A stretch of DNA of 64,000 nt from an uncultured Desulfosarcina sp. (lineage in GTDB: Bacteria; Desulfobacterota; Desulfobacteria; Desulfobacterales; Desulfosarcinaceae). Below are positions 59,799 through 64,000 of the stretch, piece after piece (the first letter of the stretch is position 1; each line of letters opens with the position of its first letter). The notes below the pieces were generated by a model. The model saw nothing but the letters and a program-made list of their open reading frames with translations. It was not told the origin of the DNA and did no database searches. The stretch lies in the NCBI GenBank assembly GCA_963674945.2, contig CAXXWQ010000004.1, positions 2,976,001 to 3,040,000 on the forward strand, written 5' to 3'. A program made the translations under genes and the position numbers.

Positions 59799-61004
59799 TC
59801 AAACGATGGCGCAATCTCCGTTTTTACCTCTTTCGCCGACCGGCAGCGAGTGGTTTCCCCCCGATTGCCCTTTCCCATCGCCTTTTTTGATTCGGTCGGC
59901 GAATACAGCCCCCCTCTTGCGCAAGGGTGTTTCCAAAAATCTGTAATTCAAGTCGCTTAAGAAAAACAAGGCCGCCAGCGCGATGATCAGGACAAGAACC
60001 GGGTTCGGGGACTGGATGTTTGCGCGATGCAAGGTTTCCCGTACCCCGAAAAAAAGGGGAATATGGATTAAATAGATGGCATAGGAACGACTGCCCACCC
60101 AGCACAATAGTTTCCGCAAAGGAGAAAACGACAGAATATACCCCCTGTCATAGGAGGCAAGCCAGACCAACAGTGTGGATATCAATGCCACCATGCCGAT
60201 GGGCTGCGGGACAATCCTCAACTCTGCAGAGGGCATGCACACCAATCCCGTCAGAAGCAACGCAAGTACGCCGAGTGCGGTTACAGGCGATTTTTTCAAG
60301 GGTGCCGGTTCAAACAATCGATAGCTTTCCGTTCGCGTCCACAGGGCCAGCAAGATACCCAGCAAAATGGCGTCCGTGCGAAACGCCATCAACAACAAAG
60401 ATCGTTGGATAAAGAATTGGAGGGCCACTCCAATGGCAAACAAGGGTGGCAGCCACCGGCGGAAAAGGAGAATGGCAAACGGAAACAAAAGATAAAACTG
60501 CTCTTCCAACGAAAGGCTCCAGTATACGAAGCTGGCACCATAAAAATGATTTCCAAATACATGGGCAAAACGAACGTTGGCCACATTGAAAATACCGGCC
60601 AGTGTAGCGGCAAAATTCGTCCGAAAGCTTCCGAATACTCCGGAATCATTGTAAAAAACAGAACATGTGAGGATGACCAGCAACCAGATCCAGGAGGAGG
60701 GCAACAAGCGATAGGCCCGACGGATCCAAAAGGAAAGTGACGTTCGCCAGAACGCCGGGCGTTCGATGCCTGCCGGCAGTTGCGGCATGAGGGATCGGGC
60801 GATGACGAAGCCGGATATGGCAAAAAAAAGATCGACGCCCACCCACCCGTTAAAATAGTCGTAAAAACGGATTATTATGGGGGATGTGAACTTGATCAAG
60901 CTTCCGTTGATGTGGTGAAAAACAACAAACAATACGGCAAACGCGCGCAGCACCTCGATACAATCGATCCGATTCCCATGGTTGTTGTTTCGCGTATGGG
61001 TCAT
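59799..61004 (-). CDS. Acyltransferase-3 membrane protein (PA5458-like)
   Basis: IEVLRAFA, GVDLFFAISG, FWIRRAYRLLP, YWSLSLEEQFY. Confidence 0.93.
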   Translation of the reverse strand: MTHTRNNNHGNRIDCIEVLRAFAVLFVVFHHINGSLIKFTSPIIIRFYDYFNGWVGVDLFFAISGFVIARSLMPQLPAGIERPAFWRTSLSFWIRRAYRLLPSSWIWLLVILTCSVFYNDSGVFGSFRTNFAATLAGIFNVANVRFAHVFGNHFYGASFVYWSLSLEEQFYLLFPFAILLFRRWLPPLFAIGVALQFFIQRSLLLMAFRTDAILLGILLALWTRTESYRLFEPAPLKKSPVTALGVLALLLTGLVCMPSAELRIVPQPIGMVALISTLLVWLASYDRGYILSFSPLRKLLCWVGSRSYAIYLIHIPLFFGVRETLHRANIQSPNPVLVLIIALAALFFLSDLNYRFLETPLRKRGAVFADRIKKGDGKGQSGGNHSLPVGERGKNGDCAIV

Positions 61005-61006
61005 GC

Positions 61007-61849
61007 TCAGGGCTTTCTGGCAATGATCAGTTGGGTTTTCGGCATAAAATCATCCAGGGCCCGCTTGATTCGAGGACCGTCTTCACTTTCCAGCAGCAAG
61101 GACCAGGTGGTCGTCCACGATTGCAGCAATGGATGCCATGGCGGTGATATCTCTTGCCCACAGGCCCAGAAAAAGACCCACCACATGGACCAGTAAAACC
61201 CGAAACGCTCTCGCTGCTGAATGTCAAGCCCTGCCGATTCGACCAATCCTGCAAATCCATCCCGTTCCAATATGCGGACATGGTTGGGTTTTTTAAAATA
61301 TTCGTCCGGCGCCAGGTTGTTTTTCTGCAGCTTCTCGATCACTGGGTCGGGGGCGGTAATCAGGAAGAGGGCGCCTGGTCTGGCGACCCGCACCAATTCT
61401 GCTAAAAACCGCTTGGGATTATCGACATGCTCAATTACCTCCAACGAGATCACCTTGTCAACCGTCCCGCTTTCCAATGGCAATGCATCGCAGTTGCTGA
61501 CGAAGGAAGAGGTCCGCAGGGAAGGCGTCTTTTTCAAGGCGTTGCGCGTCGCCGAAACCTTGGTCCGATCGATATCGGTAAAGAGCACATGGGCCCCTTG
61601 CGTAGCACAGAATCGGGAAAATGGCGCATCCCCACAGCCCACGTCCAGGACCGTATCCCCCCTGTCGATGGGAAATCCGGTAAACAGTTCACCGGTCTCG
61701 GCTTGAAACCATCCGGAGAGGGCCGTATCCAGCGGGACACCGAAACCGCCTGATGCCGACTGTGAAACCGGTCGCTCCACATGGTTCTCTTTCCCGGCAA
61801 AAAGGCGACGCATCCCCCGCCGAAAGAGGCGCTGGATTCTGGAAAACAT
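61007..61849 (-). CDS. Class I SAM-dependent methyltransferase (PA5457/PA5459-like)
   Basis: GWF..ETGELF.GFPI...DTVLDVGCG, EVIEHV, LVRVARPGA; RBS AAGGAG before ATG 61849. Confidence 0.92.
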   Translation of the reverse strand: MFSRIQRLFRRGMRRLFAGKENHVERPVSQSASGGFGVPLDTALSGWFQAETGELFTGFPIDRGDTVLDVGCGDAPFSRFCATQGAHVLFTDIDRTKVSATRNALKKTPSLRTSSFVSNCDALPLESGTVDKVISLEVIEHVDNPKRFLAELVRVARPGALFLITAPDPVIEKLQKNNLAPDEYFKKPNHVRILERDGFAGLVESAGLDIQQRERFGFYWSMWWVFFWACGQEISPPWHPLLQSWTTTWSLLLESEDGPRIKRALDDFMPKTQLIIARKP

Positions 61850-61948
61850 GGAACTCTCCTTGTCCTTGCACAAACGAAACCCGTATCGTAGGAAAAAAAC
61901 GGTGAGACCGCCGCTGGCCGGTTCCCGGCCCTCACCAAAGAGATCCTT

Positions 61949-62812
61949 CTATTCGGGCTTTCTGGCGATCACCGCCTGAGATTTGGGCAACTCACGATTA
62001 AACGAATCCAACATGGGTTGAACATCCGGAAGCTTCAGGATTTCATCCCAGGTCTTGGCCCAATTCATCAAAGCGCCATGATAGGGCGGTTTACTGATCC
62101 TCTCCATGATTTCTCCTTGCACTTCATGGGCGTTGAGACACCAGTAGATGGACATCCACATCACCCAGTAAAAACCCCAGGTGGTATAAGATTCGACGAC
62201 CATCCCCGCGGACTCCACGAGATCGAGTAGCCGCTTTTTATCGAATACTTGAATATGGTTCGGCGGCGTGAAATAATTGCTGCTGGCAAAGGGTTTTTGC
62301 AGTAATTCGCTGCGATGACCCGGGACGGAGATCAGGTATTGGGCGCCGGGTTTGCCCACACGATACAGCTCTTTTACAATCGCCGCCGGATCCTCGGTAT
62401 GCTCGAGCATATCCATGGCCAACACCTTGGTCGCATATCCGTCGGGGATGGGCAGGGGAAGGGAGTCGCTGACATATGCCTCCACTTTTCTTGCAGGGGA
62501 TCGTTGGGCTTTTTCCTTTAAATGCTCGATTTTTCTCGGATTCACATCCGTGAAGACCACATGGGCACCTTGATTGGCACAAAACAGGATCGACAGCCCC
62601 TCTCCACACCCCACGTCCAGCACGGTGTCCTGGGGCTCGATGGGAAAGCCCTTTAGAAGCTCCCCGGTTTCCCGCTGATACCAGCCACTGTTGACCGCAT
62701 CCCGATAGCCGACGACGCGGGGATCCACCCCTTGGAGGGAATCCTTTGCCGTCTCCTTTTCCTCCCGTGCAGAGCCCGTTCGGGAAAACAATTTTCGAAA
62801 CATATTCTGCAT
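61949..62812 (-). CDS. Class I SAM-dependent methyltransferase (PA5457/PA5459-like)
   Basis: GWY.RETGELL.GFPI...DTVLDVGCG, DMLEH, RVGKPGA; paralogue of the downstream gene. Confidence 0.92.
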   Translation of the reverse strand: MQNMFRKLFSRTGSAREEKETAKDSLQGVDPRVVGYRDAVNSGWYQRETGELLKGFPIEPQDTVLDVGCGEGLSILFCANQGAHVVFTDVNPRKIEHLKEKAQRSPARKVEAYVSDSLPLPIPDGYATKVLAMDMLEHTEDPAAIVKELYRVGKPGAQYLISVPGHRSELLQKPFASSNYFTPPNHIQVFDKKRLLDLVESAGMVVESYTTWGFYWVMWMSIYWCLNAHEVQGEIMERISKPPYHGALMNWAKTWDEILKLPDVQPMLDSFNRELPKSQAVIARKPE

Positions 62813-62813
62813 G

Positions 62814-63776
62814 TTATCCTCGCGAACGGTGGGTCGGCTGGCACAGGGCATGGAACCTGGGCCAGCAGCCGGCGGTTTTCCCAAACTCTTCGAGAAAGCG
62901 TCCGATTTCTTGTGCCAGCCGATTTTTCACCAGCGTTTTCGCCGATTCACTCCAATGGATCGGTTTGGTAAACGGTCTCCGAAGGCCCAGTTTTTTGGCA
63001 ACGCTGTCCTGATTGTTGATACTGACCCAGCTCAAGGGAGGACCGATGATGGGATTGTTTCTCATCCAACGAAAAAGCTTGGTGTCATACAACTTTTCTC
63101 CTCCGCGATTCAGATGAGGCAGGTCATCCTTTTCGAATTTGTGCTTACCGACGCCAAGAAATTCATAGCACCGGCTGGCCACCGCCTGCGCGTCTGTTTT
63201 CAAATCTTCCATGAAAATTACCAGTATATTATCCTTGCCAAACCGTTCGCGGTGGGTCTGCATGCGGGAATAGTAGGCGGTGTCCTCCAACAGTTGCGGC
63301 ATTTCCACGAGGGCGTCCTCCAGTTGAAACGGCGTATCGAGCCCGAACTTGGGTGCACTGTTGTGCATTTCCCGAAAACTCGACTCGATCCGATCCAGCG
63401 GATCCCTTGCGATAAAAATCAGTTTCGCTTTTGGGTTGTTCTCGAACATCTCGCAGCTGGCCCTGGTTTCCATGAAGATGCTGCTGTAAAATGTGGTGCA
63501 ATCGCCTTTTATCTGGTGGGATGCCGCCTTTTCATAGAGGCTGTCGAACCAGGCCGTCCTTTTTTCCTCGGGAGCCGATCCGAAATACTGCGGTTCCTTA
63601 TAATCGGGGATGAAAATATCAGGGTGGTGGTTCAAAACCGCGAAAAGGGTCGTCGTTCCACATTTGCTAAACCCCGGCACGAAGAAATCGATCCTGGTCT
63701 TCTCTGAAGGCGTATTGTGTTTGGGTATCACGGGTAGCGCATTCTCTACTATTTTCAATTTGTTCCTCGGAAACAA
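62814..63776 (-). CDS. PAPS-dependent sulfotransferase (heparan-sulfate-ST-like motif type); start uncertain
   Basis: DFFVPGFSKCGTTTL...HPDI...KEPQYF; LIFIARDPLDRIES. Confidence 0.9.
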   Translation of the reverse strand: MFPRNKLKIVENALPVIPKHNTPSEKTRIDFFVPGFSKCGTTTLFAVLNHHPDIFIPDYKEPQYFGSAPEEKRTAWFDSLYEKAASHQIKGDCTTFYSSIFMETRASCEMFENNPKAKLIFIARDPLDRIESSFREMHNSAPKFGLDTPFQLEDALVEMPQLLEDTAYYSRMQTHRERFGKDNILVIFMEDLKTDAQAVASRCYEFLGVGKHKFEKDDLPHLNRGGEKLYDTKLFRWMRNNPIIGPPLSWVSINNQDSVAKKLGLRRPFTKPIHWSESAKTLVKNRLAQEIGRFLEEFGKTAGCWPRFHALCQPTHRSRG

Positions 63777-63795
63777 AGCGTTGGCCGAACTGTCG

Positions 63796-63999
63796 TCATG
63801 CTCGGTTTTTCTCTACCCATTCCAATTCAGCACGTACCATCAAGCGCGCGACATCATCGAGCGAATGGCGGGATACCCAGCCGAGTTTTTCCTTGGCCTT
63901 GGCAGGATTGCTTCGGGACACCAAAATATCGGTGGGTCGGTAATACTCCGGTTTGAGGATGACGTGATCCTGCCAATGCAGGCCCAGTTGGGAAAATAC
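63796..63999 (-). CDS. gmd: GDP-mannose 4,6-dehydratase, C-terminal fragment (5' part beyond the right edge)
   Basis: Manual translation VFSQLGLHWQDHVILKPEYYRPTDILVSRSNPAKAKEKLGW...LDDVARLMVRAEL; context fits. Confidence 0.85.
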   Translation of the reverse strand, partial: VFSQLGLHWQDHVILKPEYYRPTDILVSRSNPAKAKEKLGWVSRHSLDDVARLMVRAELEWVEKNRA

Positions 64000-64000
64000 C

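Overview
64 kb chromosomal window, most likely from a sulfate-reducing Desulfobacterales-type bacterium (inferred from gene content and style, not from a marker gene). All identifications come from motif recognition; no searches were run. 1-25 kb is mostly core genome: an RND efflux pair, a radical SAM gene and a cNMP-binding gene, then purF-carB-carA and a three-gene split glutamate synthase. That operon has a sigma-54 promoter and a leader terminator and is divergent from glnE, a hybrid kinase and an unusual REC-DHp-REC-GGDEF protein. 24.8-35.5 kb is a mixed accessory zone: gene remnants (Y1-transposase-like, DUF1566, PIN toxin), prpE, an EF-hand/BaeSR-like cassette split by an AT-rich sulfotransferase, and an ATP-grasp plus HNH pair. 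Two further kinases follow. 38.5-64 kb is a surface-glycan island with two parts. The first is an AT-rich modification operon (arylsulfotransferase, small Tyr-tipped membrane peptide, acyltransferase-3, sulfotransferase, GT2, two YfhO-like GT-C paralogues, small flippase, GNAT, PIG-L). The second resembles the Pseudomonas A-band D-rhamnan locus (gmd, wzm/wzt, wbpX/wbpY-like, PA5455-59-like) with an added sulfotransferase. A family of ~125-160 bp hairpin repeats with compensatory base changes occurs in several intergenic regions. Best candidates for new biology are a possible tyrosine-peptide group-transfer relay for glycan sulfation/acylation, the structured repeat family, and the glutamate synthase attenuator.
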